A stretch of DNA of 63,287 nucleotides, counting the filler, from Nemertoderma westbladi (Eukaryota > Animalia > Xenacoelomorpha), in the NCBI GenBank assembly GCA_032718475.1. It is 3 parts of 3 records of this genome, joined end to end, with 100 filler letters (N's around TTAATTAATTAA, not from the genome) between each part and the next. Parts side by side here need not be neighbours in the genome. Positions count along the whole stretch, not along the records: positions 51,625 to 63,287 come from JAUCBJ010004854.1; 2 more parts are not named here. One strand, 5' to 3'. Under the pieces are notes generated by a model. It was not told the origin of the DNA. It did no database searches and saw only the letters and a list, made by a program, of their open reading frames with translations. Below are positions 51,625-63,287 of this stretch, piece by piece. Within the stretch, counting starts at the first letter, position 1, and every line of letters starts with the position of its first letter. The position numbers and the translations under genes were made by a program.

Positions 51625-53338
51625 TCAGATTCAGACTAATAATTCTACTAAGTACGGTTGCGACAAGTATAAGGTGTGCCTCCCATGTCTGAGAATATAG
51701 CACAACATCATCTAAATACACTAACACAAAGTCAATACCTATCATAGCCAGTTGCATTAAGCGTTGACAAGTAGAGGGACAACCTTGCAAACCGTATGGC
51801 ATTCTAGTAAAGTGATAGTTACCGTTGTGTGTGGTAAACCCCGTCTTAATTTGGTCGTCAGGAGTGAGGCCTACTTGCCAAAACATTGAACGAAAGTCCA
51901 ACGCAGTGAAATACTTTGGTTTGGCTGCGCCTACCTCAGCAACCATTTCATCAATGCGTGGGAGTGGCCAAAACTGTGGAACTGAAACTAAATTTAAAGC
52001 GCGAAAATCTACTGCAAACCGATAATTACCATCCGGCTTTCTAACTAGAATAATGGGGGATGCCCATTCACCAGTACCCGGTCGTATTATGTCATGTTGT
52101 AATAAGTTGTCTAACTGTCGTTGCACTTCTGGTCTTAAACCTATAGGTACTGGGTAAGGTTTGGAACGGACAGCTTTAGCGTCTGGCTTTAAACTAATTG
52201 TATGTTCGAACAAATCAGTCTTACCTATATCAAACTCATGGTATGAAAAAGCGCCAGCGTTGTTACAGGCTAAGTTTAAAATTTCAACTTGCTCATCTTT
52301 GGTAAGGTGACCTAAGGGTAGTTCACGTTCTAAATACGAACGGCGTTCTTCTACAGTAGTGGGACTGGGATGCTTTTTACCAACATTCGTTGATGCTGCC
52401 AGGGCCATACACTTAGCTACACGCTGATTGGCATATATTGTTAAGGGATAATTGTTTGGGTTAAGTATCTGCACTGCTACATTACAACCCCCTGAATGTG
52501 TCAATGCTTGTGGGGTTGAAATGCTACGTGCTGTCAAAAAGTTACTCTTAGATGTTTCCATGGGCTCGACAAATACAGAATCATCGCTATCTGCTAGCCT
52601 GTCTATTTTGCCACGAATTATTGTTTGTGTTCCAGCTGGAATTTTCAGACGTTTCGTAGCTTTAATAAAATAGCAAAAAGGGATTGTAGATTGGCGTTGC
52701 TGGGTAGGGGTTGATTCTGTTCTAGAAAAATATACGTGTTCACCAGACTGCATTATTAGACACCGGTTCCTAAAATCTAATGAAATAACGTTTCTATCCA
52801 AAAAATCGAGGCCTAATATCAATGACGGGCCCCCTTCATCAGACACTGTACTAGCCATATCAACAACCTGAAATTCCTGGGTAATGTTGTAACGGGCTGT
52901 AATCGAAATATCTAGGTAAATCACACCCAATACTTTCACTCGTCCACCAATCCCTCGAATCGAACTCAACTGACTGGGTTCGAATTTGACACCTGAAGGG
53001 ACTTGTCGAGAATCTAATACTGAAAAATCACTACCAGGATCTACAAAACTTTCTACTGGACTACCCTGCAATTTGATTGTGAGATGCATATCAGGCCTAT
53101 CTGTGTTTGGTGCTGAATACATAGGTTGACCTTGTGTGTGTTGTTGTCCATACGAGTTGTTGTTTGTATTAGACGCACGGGGTTGCATACAGTTACGGCT
53201 TAAGTGCCCCACCCGTCCACAATTATAGCAGTCTCGAGTCTCACTCTGATATTGCTGATAAGGTTGTCGGTTGTACGTTTGATTAACTGCATTGCGTGGG
53301 TACCAGTACGATCTGTCGTTGGTTCTAGAATCTGGCAT
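51625..53338 (-). CDS. Gypsy retrotransposon gag C-terminus/pol: zinc knuckle, protease, RT (truncated by the gap)
   Basis: CYNCGRVGHLSRNC, FVDPGS, ILGLDFL, WASPIILVRKPDG.YRFAVDFR.LN, MPYGL and YLDD motifs. Confidence 0.95.
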
Positions 53339-54568
53339 GTCTTGTCTAATGGGTTGGTGTTATTATACCTAGGTTGAGGGTCACTAATTAAACTACGTTT
53401 TGGTGCAGTTTGTAACTCAGTTAACTGTTTCTGTAGTTTAACTAATTCTGCTTCAAGATATGAATTATTATTGTTATTATTATTACTGTACCTGTTGGGG
53501 TAGACTTAATGTCAGATCGTGGGTTAAAAGTCTCCCTGTTATTGCCACGTTGTTGCAAGTCCCTAGTATTCTTATTCGTCCAATAATTATTGCCAACAGG
53601 GATACATGTCTCGGTTTTATTTCCCCACCCAGTAGAACCCAAATTTGATTCTTGGAGAAGATACAGTTCTTCGCGTTTTGCACGTCGAACTGCTTCTTCG
53701 AAACATTTTGGCTCAGTAAGTCTAATATTTCTGGCTAAATCGGGAGATATTCCTCGAAAAAACATCGGTAAAAGTAATTTTTCCCTCTCTTCGATAGCCA
53801 TAGATGGCGAAATGACTGCTGCCCCAACCTATGTAAATCTGTAGCATAATCACCAACACTTTCCCCTACTCTCTGTCTACGATCTAGCAAACAATTATAT
53901 AAAAAGGCCGTGTCTTGTGGGCCAAACTTTGCACGTAATGCGGTACAAATTTCCAAAAAATTTTCCTGGTCATCAGTAGAAAGTTCATCTAATACACGTG
54001 CTGCTGCACCTACAATATAAATTGGGACAATCTTACCAAGCATTTCATTAGTCCACTCACGGAGTTTTGCAATCCTGTTGACCGACTTGATCCATGCATC
54101 AACATCCCCAGTCCCATCAAAAGAATCCGGTTCTTTACGAATTCCATCAGCCATCATTGAGTTTGTCGGTGGGTTCGTTGGCGGGTTCGAAGTCGAGTTC
54201 GTTGGCGGGTTCTTTGGCGGGTTCGAAGTCGAGTTCGTTGGCGGGTTCGTTGGCGGGTTCGAAGTCGAGTTCGTTGGCGGGTTCTTTGGCGGGTTCGAAG
54301 TCGAAACGTTTGTTGGATCCAGCGTTGAATACACGATGGCGTCGAGATTCTCATGGAGAACAGCAGATCGCGAATGTAATTGACTTTCAGTTTGTAGCGA
54401 ATTAGATCGAGCACGTTGAATTCTTCGGGTCCTCGAATCGCCAGGAAGTTTGAGACTTGCCGAATTAGCGCGACTCCGAGTGTTAACGTTAGCTTTCAAA
54501 GATACTTTAGCTTTTGGTATTCGTGTTGAGGTTGACATCCAAGGAACGGTAGCCGTTTGTCGATAAAC
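53339..54568 (-). pseudogene. Gypsy gag (frameshifted) with a 36-bp STSNPP(K/T)NPPTN repeat at 54160-54305
   Basis: PDSFDGTGDVDAW...RRQRVGESVGDYATDL, then a frameshift to FFRGISPDL...PKCFEEAV. Confidence 0.85.
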
Positions 54569-54599
54569 ACCTCCCGGACAAGCCCCCACAAGCCCCCAC
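54569..54599 (-). promoter_or_regulatory. tRNA-Pro primer-binding site, inner copy plus a 9-bp partial duplicate
   Basis: Minus strand TGGGGGCTTGTCCGGGA is complementary to the 3' end of tRNA-Pro (canonical PBS TGGGGGCTCGTCCGGGAT). Confidence 0.85.
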
Positions 54600-54827
54600 T
54601 GAGTGACAGTGCTGCTGTACCTACAGGCTGACAGGTGATCTGTCCTCTGTCCAGGTTTCAGACTGTAGCTGGTGGTGGTACGCTGGTACTTTACTCCCCG
54701 ACCCCACTCCCGTCTGCCATTAGCAATTAGCAGTTGTCTGGTTGTTGCATGGCAATAGGCTTACTCAGGTACTGCACTTACTGACTTAAGATACCATACC
54801 GGGACATTACTGTATTATTACAGTATT

Positions 54828-55253
54828 ATGCCTATTGCCTCGAGTAATTTACAAGCACCGGATAAATCAGCGCAGATCCCATCGTTCCAATCTCGAGGTG
54901 GATTATCTGATTTCTCGCAAGAAAGATCGATAACAGACCTACTCCCGAAGCCGGTGAGTTTCTATCGGAACGTTATCCTGCAGACCAAAGATGGCAAACT
55001 AGAGAATTACATTGAACGGAGGTGGAACGACAGGTATTCGGCCCCCGCCTTCCTCGCTCTCCAAAACTTTCTGCTACACCCAGCCACCGGTCTGGGTATT
55101 TGTGTCGGGGTGTTCGCCAAGGCAGCCTCTATCCGACCGCTATGGACTTTGGCTTGTGTTCCTTTTGGATTTGTCCTTGCCCGAAATCGGTGGCTCAATA
55201 AGGAGTTCCGTGGATCAGTTGCCACCGTTGAACCGGAGGCCAAATCTAAATAG
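54828..55253 (+). CDS. Unknown 141-aa ORF with a C-terminal hydrophobic hairpin, inside the captured segment
   Basis: ATG to TAG, with GC-rich composition like the adjacent PPIL4. Hydrophobic segments TGLGICVGVFA and LWTLACVPFGFVLA. No family recognised. Confidence 0.45.
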   Translation: MPIASSNLQAPDKSAQIPSFQSRGGLSDFSQERSITDLLPKPVSFYRNVILQTKDGKLENYIERRWNDRYSAPAFLALQNFLLHPATGLGICVGVFAKAASIRPLWTLACVPFGFVLARNRWLNKEFRGSVATVEPEAKSK

Positions 55254-55328
55254 AGTGTTTAATTTAATTACAGAATTATATCACCAAGTTTATTCACAGT
55301 CCGACAGTGAATAATTTTGTAACTGAAG

Positions 55329-56126
55329 ATGTCAGTTTTGATCGAAACCACATTGGGCGACGTAGTGGTAGACCTGTTCATAGAGGAACGACCTCGAGCG
55401 TGTCTCAACTTCCTCAAACTCTGTAAAATCAAGTATTACAATTACTGTTTGTTCCGCTGCGTAGAACGCGGCTTTATAGCACAGACTGGGGATCCGTCTG
55501 GCGATGGGGGACACAGCGTGTTCGCGCAGCTGTACGGCGAACAAGCGAGATACTTCGAAGCAGAGAAGAGTCCACGGTTGAATCATAGAGAGAAAGGAAC
55601 AGTCTCCATGGTGAACAATGGTTCCGATGGCCATGGTTCCCAGTTCTTTATAACTTTGGGCACCGATCTGGATTACCTCGATGGGGTTCACACCGTGTTC
55701 GGGATGGTAGCCGAAGGGGTCGATGTCGTCGATAAACTCAACGAGACCATCGTCAACAAGGACAGCCGCCCTTACATTGACATCAGGGTCTCCCACACCA
55801 TCGTTCTACACGACCCCTTCGACGACCCTAAAGGTCTCGAGATCCCGACAGCCAGTCCCGAGCCGGATCCCGGTATCCTAGACTCAGAGTTTCTGGCTGC
55901 CGGGGAACCCCTCGATGAGTTCGAAGGTCTCGACGAAGAGGCGGTCAGCGAGATCCGTAAGGAGAAGGAGGCAAAGGCTGCGGCTCAGGTTTTGGAGTTA
56001 GTTGGGGACCTCCCGGACAAGCCCCCACATGTGAGAGTTCACCCCAGGTTCCGGGAGTCAGGGTCGATATGGTTTGTCGTAAATATACAATTTCTTAAAG
56101 TTACAGACTTTATTTTCATTTGCTAA
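55329..56126 (+). pseudogene. PPIL4: Intronless truncated PPIL4 (cyclophilin domain, RRM lost) fused to the antisense PBS/LTR
   Basis: MSVLIETTLGDVVVDL..NFLKLCKIKYYNYC..QTGDP..GTVSMVNNG..GSQFFIT..LDYLDGVHTVFG..DPFDDP..VGDLPD. Homology stops at LPD (56018), where PBS sequence takes over. Confidence 0.92.
56011..56027 (-). promoter_or_regulatory. tRNA-Pro primer-binding site, outer copy adjacent to the LTR
   Basis: TGGGGGCTTGTCCGGGA lies 2 nt downstream of the LTR CA end on the minus strand. Confidence 0.88.
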
Positions 56127-56474
56127 AAGTATCAGCGACAATACATACGGAAATACTACATAAATACAAAAACAAAACCTACACCAACCCACAACCTCGG
56201 ACTCTACACTCTCGGTATAGTACTGCCTATATCAAACCCCGTGCACAGAGCTCCAAATAGATGTAAACCACAGCTGTTTTACCTGTTAAGTGAATACAGG
56301 CTGTTAGCGGTAAGCCTAACAATAGGCTGTTAAGTGAATACAGGCTGTTAGCGGTAAGACTAACAATAGAGTGACACATTTCCCTCTGGGTCCACAATAG
56401 AGCTCTGCACAATATCCCAAATCAACTCAACCAATATCCCCAGGATGAGGCAGCCTATGAGACGTACTATCACA
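56030..56474 (-). mobile_element. 5' LTR of the Gypsy element (445 bp)
   Basis: TGTGAGAG ... CTATCACA terminal inverted repeat; minus-strand AATAAA near 56110; abuts the PBS. Confidence 0.85.
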
Positions 56475-56718
56475 GGTTGCTAGGGAAAGCTCACCCTGTT
56501 GCAATTGAAACGTGCATCAGCGCCTATGTCATTAATAACAATCTTATATTGCTAGTCAGGCTGATTATCCCAAGTTTCAATCATGATTTCATTAATTATA
56601 CAGTGGTTGCTAGGGAAAGGTCAACTGGTTGCTATGGAAACGTGTACACAACTTCTATCTTTAAACCAACCCAGTTATATAAACGTAATTTTTCTATATG
56701 GCGAGTTTCAATAACAGA

Positions 56719-59266
56719 GGGTAGCCACCTAAAAAAAATTTTGCAAAAAAGTTTTTTTTCTTCATTTTGTGCAGGGGATTTGAATCTGCAATCCGTTTCT
56801 TCGTATCTTTTCCCAAAGTCGAGTTATTGGTGAATAACTGCGAGGAAGTTCGGTAAAAATATTGAAATAACGAAAAATTATTTCCAAATGCTGTATAATG
56901 TATGAAGAATGTCACCATTACGTGCCTTATACTTGCACGTGAACCAAAAACGGAAATCCTAGCAGGGGGGTGGGAGGGAAATTCAAATGCATTTTTTATG
57001 CTATAACAGTGTAATAAGCTAAACCTGTAAACCATTTGAAGTTATACCGGTACCAGAAGTTGTAATGGGGAGAAAGAACAGTCAGAAAGCTGCTGCGCTC
57101 CAACGGTCGTGAGGCAGAGGAGGATTCATTCGATCGATCAGCGAGGAAGAGGAACTGCTAGAAATTCTTACTAGTACAGCGTCGGAGCGGAAAATTTGAG
57201 AAATGGCGGACTACTTGAAGGAGGAATATTCGGAGTTATCCGGGTATCGTATCCAGAGTGCGAGTAACATATCCAAGCTTATTAATTTAGCTTCGGTACA
57301 TGGCAGGCATTGCACGGGATGCCAAAATAACTTTCTTACGCTGGGGATTGATTCCATAATGGAGTTTTCGTGCTCGGATTGTTCCTGGCTGCCTGGACCG
57401 AATGTTTGCAAGCTGCTGAAGCGGGGGACGACTCATCTCAATACGACAGAAATAGAGCGGTTATCCTGAACCAGCGAGCAGTTTATGCTATGAGCGAAAT
57501 CGGATCTGGCCTTGAGGATTTATACGAGAACAGGAAGAGTTTGAGGGGCGATTCTGCGACAGAACCTGTGGCTGACCGGTATCCTACGATGGTACGTGGG
57601 GGACTAGAAGCCACACTGCCAATTTTGGAGTCGGAATATGTATTTCAATGGAGTCCGGATTAGTACTGGACTATGGCGTGTACGGTCTAAATTGTGTAAT
57701 ATCTGTGCTTTTGCACCTTTCCCTAAAAAATCCATAGAATATGCGGAATTTCTTGAGAGACATTCCCCTGATTGCCCGGGGAATTACAGTTCATCGAGAG
57801 GGCAAATGGAAGTGGATATAGCTACAGATATTTTCGGTAGGTCTGCCACTCAACTTTTTTCACCCGACCATGGACTTTTATATTCAGAACTGATATGTGA
57901 TGGTGACAGTGCGGCCTATAATAAATTCGCAAATGTATATGGGGTCTGTGGCGGTTGCGAAAAATATCAGTCCATGTCTAGCAAGGAAAAAATAGAATTC
58001 AATGAGAACAATGTAGAACATTGGGATAAGCATGAACTTGGGGAAGTAGACTGTAAGCGAGTTGTGAAAATGGATTGTGTGAACCACGTAGCAAAGCGAC
58101 TGGGAAAGGGTTTACGTGATCTCAAATCTGGAACTAAGGGTAGATTGTCTGATGGAGGCTTTATAGGAGGGAAAAAACACTGACTGACACAAACGACAAT
58201 AGTGAAGTTGACTGGTTATTATGCGAAGGCAATACTGAGTGCTAAACTGCCCAAACTGAAAGTGAAATAGAATCAGCTGTTCACAAAATGAAGCAAAATA
58301 TTCTTGCTTCATTTGGACACGGGATTATGGGTGGCTCAAATGAAAAGCACCACTTCTATTGTCCAGAGGGTAGTGACAGCTGGTGTCCATACAAAAGAGA
58401 TGGGAAACCGGTGGTAGACAAGGACCACCACCTCGATGCTGTTTTCTTGTCCCTCTTATTACCCTTGTATCGTCGCCTTTCTAGTAATCTACTTCTCCTG
58501 CGCTGCCTACCAGGCTACTCAAAGAACGCGAACGAATCCATAAACTCGTTGATCTGGGCGAAGGGCACCAAAACAAAAGTTCTGGGGTCCTGTGCGATCG
58601 AAGCTAGCTGCAGTGTATGCTATATTGCAGTTCAACAAAGGTGCTTCTTGTCGCTCGGAAATCTTATATTATATATATATATATAGAATTATAATAATGT
58701 ATGTGGAACATTAAAAGAATGAAAATAATATTAAACAGATAAGATTTGGCTATAACAGTTTATTATGTATTTATTCCACACTTCAAAAGAGTCCTATACT
58801 GTTATAATTAATGTTTAACAAATGTTTTTTGAAATTAGCAATATTTTGGTACAAAAAAGGCTATTTTTTCACCAATTTTGGTCCATTTGTGTTAAAATTT
58901 GGAACACATGCCCCTGACACCCCACTCATCCAAAATTGTGGTCAAAATTATTATATTTTATTTATTTATTTATTTATTATTTACTGACCACAATTCCACT
59001 AAAGCAATATCTTTCATACATTTCTACCAAATTCCGACGAAAAATAATGATCTTTGGGGCTGTTTTTACATTTTATCCAGGTTAAGGCGAAATATATATA
59101 ATATATATATATAATAAATAATTTTCATAATTTTTTTTCAAGACGTGTACATATATATCCTTCTGCTTCCTACTCAATTTCAGGAATAATTGATATAGTT
59201 TGCACCATCTAGAGGTCATTTAGTGAATGTGGTATTTTAGGTGGCTACCCCCCCTCCCTCCCTCCC
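56719..59266 (+). mobile_element. Kolobok-like DNA transposon with a frameshifted transposase (57060-58670)
   Basis: ICDGDS, DCVNHVAKRLG, CPEGSDSWC and NANESINSLIW motifs. IR GGGTAGCCACCTAAAA (56719-56734) / TTTTAGGTGGCTACCC (59235-59250). Right end CCC|TTAA. Confidence 0.72.
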
Positions 59267-59270
59267 TTAA

Positions 59271-59987
59271 GGGGGGGGGGGGGTACACCATTTTCGGACA
59301 ACTCTTCGATTTATCACTCTCAGCGTTTCAAAATTGTTTGGTTTTGGCTATAATTTGGAATATAAGTGCCTAAGATGCTATTCTACATGACAGGTTAGAA
59401 AATTTTTATTTTTCGCTATTTAATATTAGTTAATACTAGTTAACAACAAAAAAAACTTGGTTGCGCTTAAAACCCTAAGGCTTTTGCAGTTTTGAATCTA
59501 ATCACATGAAAGTTTTTTTATATGATAGATCAAAGATGGGGCAACATAACTATCAGGCGAAATTTTGTGAAAATAATTCTGCACCGCTAGGTGGCGCTGC
59601 AAATTTATGCCTAATTTTTAGGTTTGTTATAAATAGTATTAAATTTTATTAACAAATAATTTCGAAAAGTTGTCTGATACTTTTATGCAGGGTGGCTATG
59701 TAGACACCCACAGAAAGTTTCAGACTAATTGCTCAAAAATTGTAGAAGTAGTAGGGTTTTGAAGTTGACAATTTCATAAAAAAAATATTTTGAGATAATC
59801 GACCTTTCATTATATATAGTAATAGTAATTTCAATAGGAATCCCTAAATGGAAATTGTTATAACTTAAAAACTAAAAGAGCTATTAAATAGCGGTTTTCA
59901 GATTTGGAAACACCATTCAATGGTGCATTATAATAGATCATAAAAAAAATTTCGACATATTTTTGACCAAAATGGTGTACCCCCCCC
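59271..59987. mobile_element. Kolobok-like MITE
   Basis: TTAA|GnTACACCATTTT ... AAAATGGTGTACCn|TTAA; shares its left TTAA with the neighbouring element. Confidence 0.85.
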
Positions 59988-61569
59988 TTAATATAGGATG
60001 GGCCCACTCGCCGCAGTCACCCATCAACTACTGTAGAAGTAAGTAACTTGCTGATATCTATTTTGTAACGACTTTCGATTTTGGTTTAAATAAAACCCCG
60101 AGATATGTGTAGGACTTTTCTAATTCATCCCTGTAATAAGCCCTAGCCTTCCCCATCTTAGTAATTTGATGTCTCTTTTTGTAAGGTTAACCTGTAAACC
60201 ATTGTTTACCGCCCATTGTGCTGCTGCATTTAAAGTCACTAAAGGGACATTTTGGAAACTATTTTTTCATCTTGAGGATTCAAGATAATATTTTTGCTTT
60301 GATTGATTCAAAATTACAAACTCCAGTAGTTAAGGGTACCGGTACTTTAATAAAGTAAGGCTAATTAACAGAACCAACAAACCCATTAGGCAGTTTAAAC
60401 TACCCGCGAAATCGGACCAACCAATCAAATCAAGAAGTATTTATTATCTTGAGCGCAAAATATCTTTAACAACGTTGTGCGGCCATCGATTCTTATTCTT
60501 TTCAAAATATTGTCTTCGATTGAGACTTGTATTTTCAATAGTAATGCCTCGTCTTCGTTCCACTTTTCCTTGTAAAATCAATAGAGACACTTCTGCACGA
60601 ATACAGTAGTCGTTTCCCAGCACCGAAAATCGTTATTAGTTGAATATTTCGTTCTCCAATAAATTTATAGAGTAACACACTGCGCCAATGTTAAGGGAAA
60701 TGAACCAAGTTCAATAAAATAATAATTGTTTATTGAATATAAACCTGAATAACCTACAGTATAACTAATATATGAATAATTTATAAACCTTAATTATAAA
60801 ATATAAGGCCTTTTACTGTTACTGTCATTTCAGTGTTTAAACATTTAGACGTTGAATAAAGGCCTGTTTGCCGCAATATACAGTACGTCATAAATTATTG
60901 TTTATTAATTTTTCTTGGTCAATTTTGGTCTTACTTTAGCTTCAAATATGAATATTGAAGTTGCCGTCTCTGCCTGTCAACAAAGTGTCATCTACTTTAG
61001 GCCACCAATGACTCAGTGGCGGTACCATTTTGGTTTCACAACATTTTGTACTGCGGTAGACGGTGACACATAACGGACAATACCAACCACAAAAGGAAAG
61101 CATTGTGTTCTACGTGTCATAAGTTGCCTTAAACTGCATAACTGCATTTTATGAAATTTGCCGTGAAAGCCACGGCACCTTACTAAATGTGCAGCGGAAA
61201 CGTAAGTCGCACGCCCCATGTTTCGTTGCCACACCCGGCTGCCGTTGCAGAATACTGTATGTGATAACCAAACAAAGTAGCCTACCACTTATCAATCAAC
61301 TTAATCAATCTACCTGAAGAGGGTGTTCTGTCTCTCCACAAAACATGTCATAACAGACACTCTCTCCTTATGCAAGGTACTTACGAGAACCTCTCTATAT
61401 ATGTAACCTTTGTGGACAATAAGCTACTCTCTACCAATATTCGAGTTTCGAATTAATTAATGCGTTCTCCTTCTCCAAATGGGCCTCATTTCACCTCACA
61501 TCAGCAGCATAATGTTTACAAAAATAATGAATTAATTAGTAGAACACTCCAAAGTGAAAAAAAAGGTAC

Positions 61570-61643
61570 TGGCCAATATGGGGGTCGAACCCATGACATT
61601 CGCGTTATTAGCACGACGCTCTAACCAACTGAGCTAACCGGCC
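61570..61643 (-). tRNA. trnI-AAT: tRNA-Ile(AAT)
   Basis: GGCCGGTTAGCTCAGTTGGTTAGAGCGTCGTGCTAATAACGCGAATGTCATGGGTTCGACCCCCATATTGGCCA folds as a cloverleaf with anticodon AAT. T-run terminator about 5 nt downstream. Confidence 0.93.
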
Positions 61644-61782
61644 AGGTGACATCGGCTCCCATTTAATGCACCCAGTAAGAAATTTGATATAATCTTTACC
61701 GTTACGTTGTTCAGAAGATTCAATTCCTAAGGACGGGAGCAACTAAGATCCAAAGATAAAGGAACGGACCGTACCTTTACAT

Positions 61783-62543
61783 GAGCTTAATGGGTAGCAC
61801 TCGGAATGGCAGAACCAATTTAGCTTATGGGGAGCACTCGTTATGACAGAACCAATTAGCTTATGGGGAGCACTCGTAATGGCAGAACCAACTAGCTTAT
61901 GGGTAGTACTCGGAATGGCAGAATCAATTAGCTTATATGGAGAGCACTCGTAATGGCAGAGCCATTTAGCTTATGGGGAGCACTCGTAATGGCAGAACCA
62001 ATTAGCTTATATGGGGTGTACTCGTAATGTCAGAACCATTTAGCTTATGGGGAGCACTCGTAATGGCAGAACCAATTAGCTTATATTGGGAGCAGTAGGA
62101 AGGGCTTAACCAATTAGCTGATGGGGAGCACTTGTAATGGCACGACCAATTAGCTTATATGGGGTGTACTCGTAATGGCAGAACCAATTAGCTTATGGAG
62201 AGCACTCGTAATGGCAGAACGAATTAGCTTATATGGGGTGCACTCGTAATGGCTGAACCAATTAGCTTATATGGGGAGCACTGGAAATGGCAGAACCAAT
62301 TAGATGGGGACCACTCTTAATGATAGAACCATTTAGCTTATGGAGAACACTCGGAATGGCTGAACCAATTAGCTTATGGAGAGCACTCGTAATGGCAGAA
62401 CGAATTAGCTTATATGGGGAGCACTCGTAATGGCAGAACCAATTAGCTTATATTGGGAGCACTCGTAATGGCAGGACCATTTAGATTATGGGGAGCACTC
62501 GTAATGGCAGAACCAATTAGCTTATATTGGGAGCAGTAGGAAC
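61783..62543. repeat. ~36-38-bp minisatellite (~20 copies)
   Basis: Unit AGCTTATGGGGAGCACTCGTAATGGCAGAACCAATT with indels. Confidence 0.92.
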
Positions 62544-63287
62544 CCTGCAAACCAGAAGTATCCGAGGATTAATTTTGTATTGGAAATTTAATGCTGCTAA
62601 AAAGTTGTAATAGTGCAATGAGACAAATTATTTGAGAAAAACCCAAAATTTTACATTTTAATATTGAATTAATCTAAAATAATATTTAAATACTAATATT
62701 AAAGTTTAGATAGTGAAATGACATTCAGAATACATTGGAACATCAATGTTTTTTATTTAACACACTTAATCGCAACATATTTTGAATGATATTCTAATAC
62801 TATATTCCATACTATTGATATTATAATCTATTTCCAATGTTATCGAAATATTCAAATCAGAATATTTTCTTTGGAAATGAATTTGCATTGGGAATGAATC
62901 ATAGCATTGTTATAACAATGATACGAAAAGGTTATTCTAACGTTGTTTTTCGAATGTTGGCGGGTCATACTTCAACTGCGTTGAATAATAATATTATTCT
63001 AATGTTGTCCTAATGTTATCTTTATTAGGCCCTCTGTGGTACAGAACTTTGCACGTGTATTTCCATTGTTTTCATTATCGCTATTGTCCAGTCCTTGCCA
63101 GTGCAGATTGTTTAACACACCTACCTCAGTGCGTGTCAACTAGGCCTACATAACTGTAGGGTGTACAACTATATAATTTTAATTATTTAATTTGCATCCA
63201 CATGAACCAAATGTGTTCATGTTTTGGTTTTCATGGACCGTAACTTACAGTACAGTATATGGATATTTTTCAGTACGGTTTCATACA

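Noticed and set aside
55323-55372. Hammerhead-like string CTGAAGA...GAAACCAC...GTGGTA at the PPIL4 start
   Set aside because: Stem III could form, but stem I has no complement and the stem II closing pair is T-C. The sequence is explained by coding constraint.
60950-61460. Possible FLYWCH/MULE transposase relic on the minus strand
   Set aside because: Only a weak LIVHKGYIY-like motif with stops; too decayed to support.

Overview
This is AT-rich, repeat-dense animal (probably invertebrate) genomic DNA. It has two artificial 100-nt scaffold gaps (N44-TTAATTAATTAA-N44). The host genes are the last six coding exons of an SLC4 anion exchanger (467-8760, +) and a tRNA-Ile(AAT). The rest is satellites (34, 37, ~37 and 90 bp units), LINE fragments (RTE-like and CR1/L2-like), Gypsy LTR elements and many TIR DNA elements (MULE, piggyBac-like, hAT-like, Kolobok-like). 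Two things stand out. (1) A 341-bp tandem dimer (38123-38828) in which each unit carries a complete type I hammerhead ribozyme placed exactly between a tRNA-type A box and B box and followed by a T6 Pol III terminator; the dimer sits inside a hAT-like non-autonomous transposon. (2) A Gypsy element (minus strand) carrying a 1.4-kb antisense insert of host sequence between two copies of its tRNA-Pro primer-binding site. The insert holds an intronless, truncated PPIL4 cyclophilin and an unknown 141-aa ORF only 75 nt upstream, with PBS-like microhomology at both junctions. Family assignments come from motif recognition only; no database searches were run.
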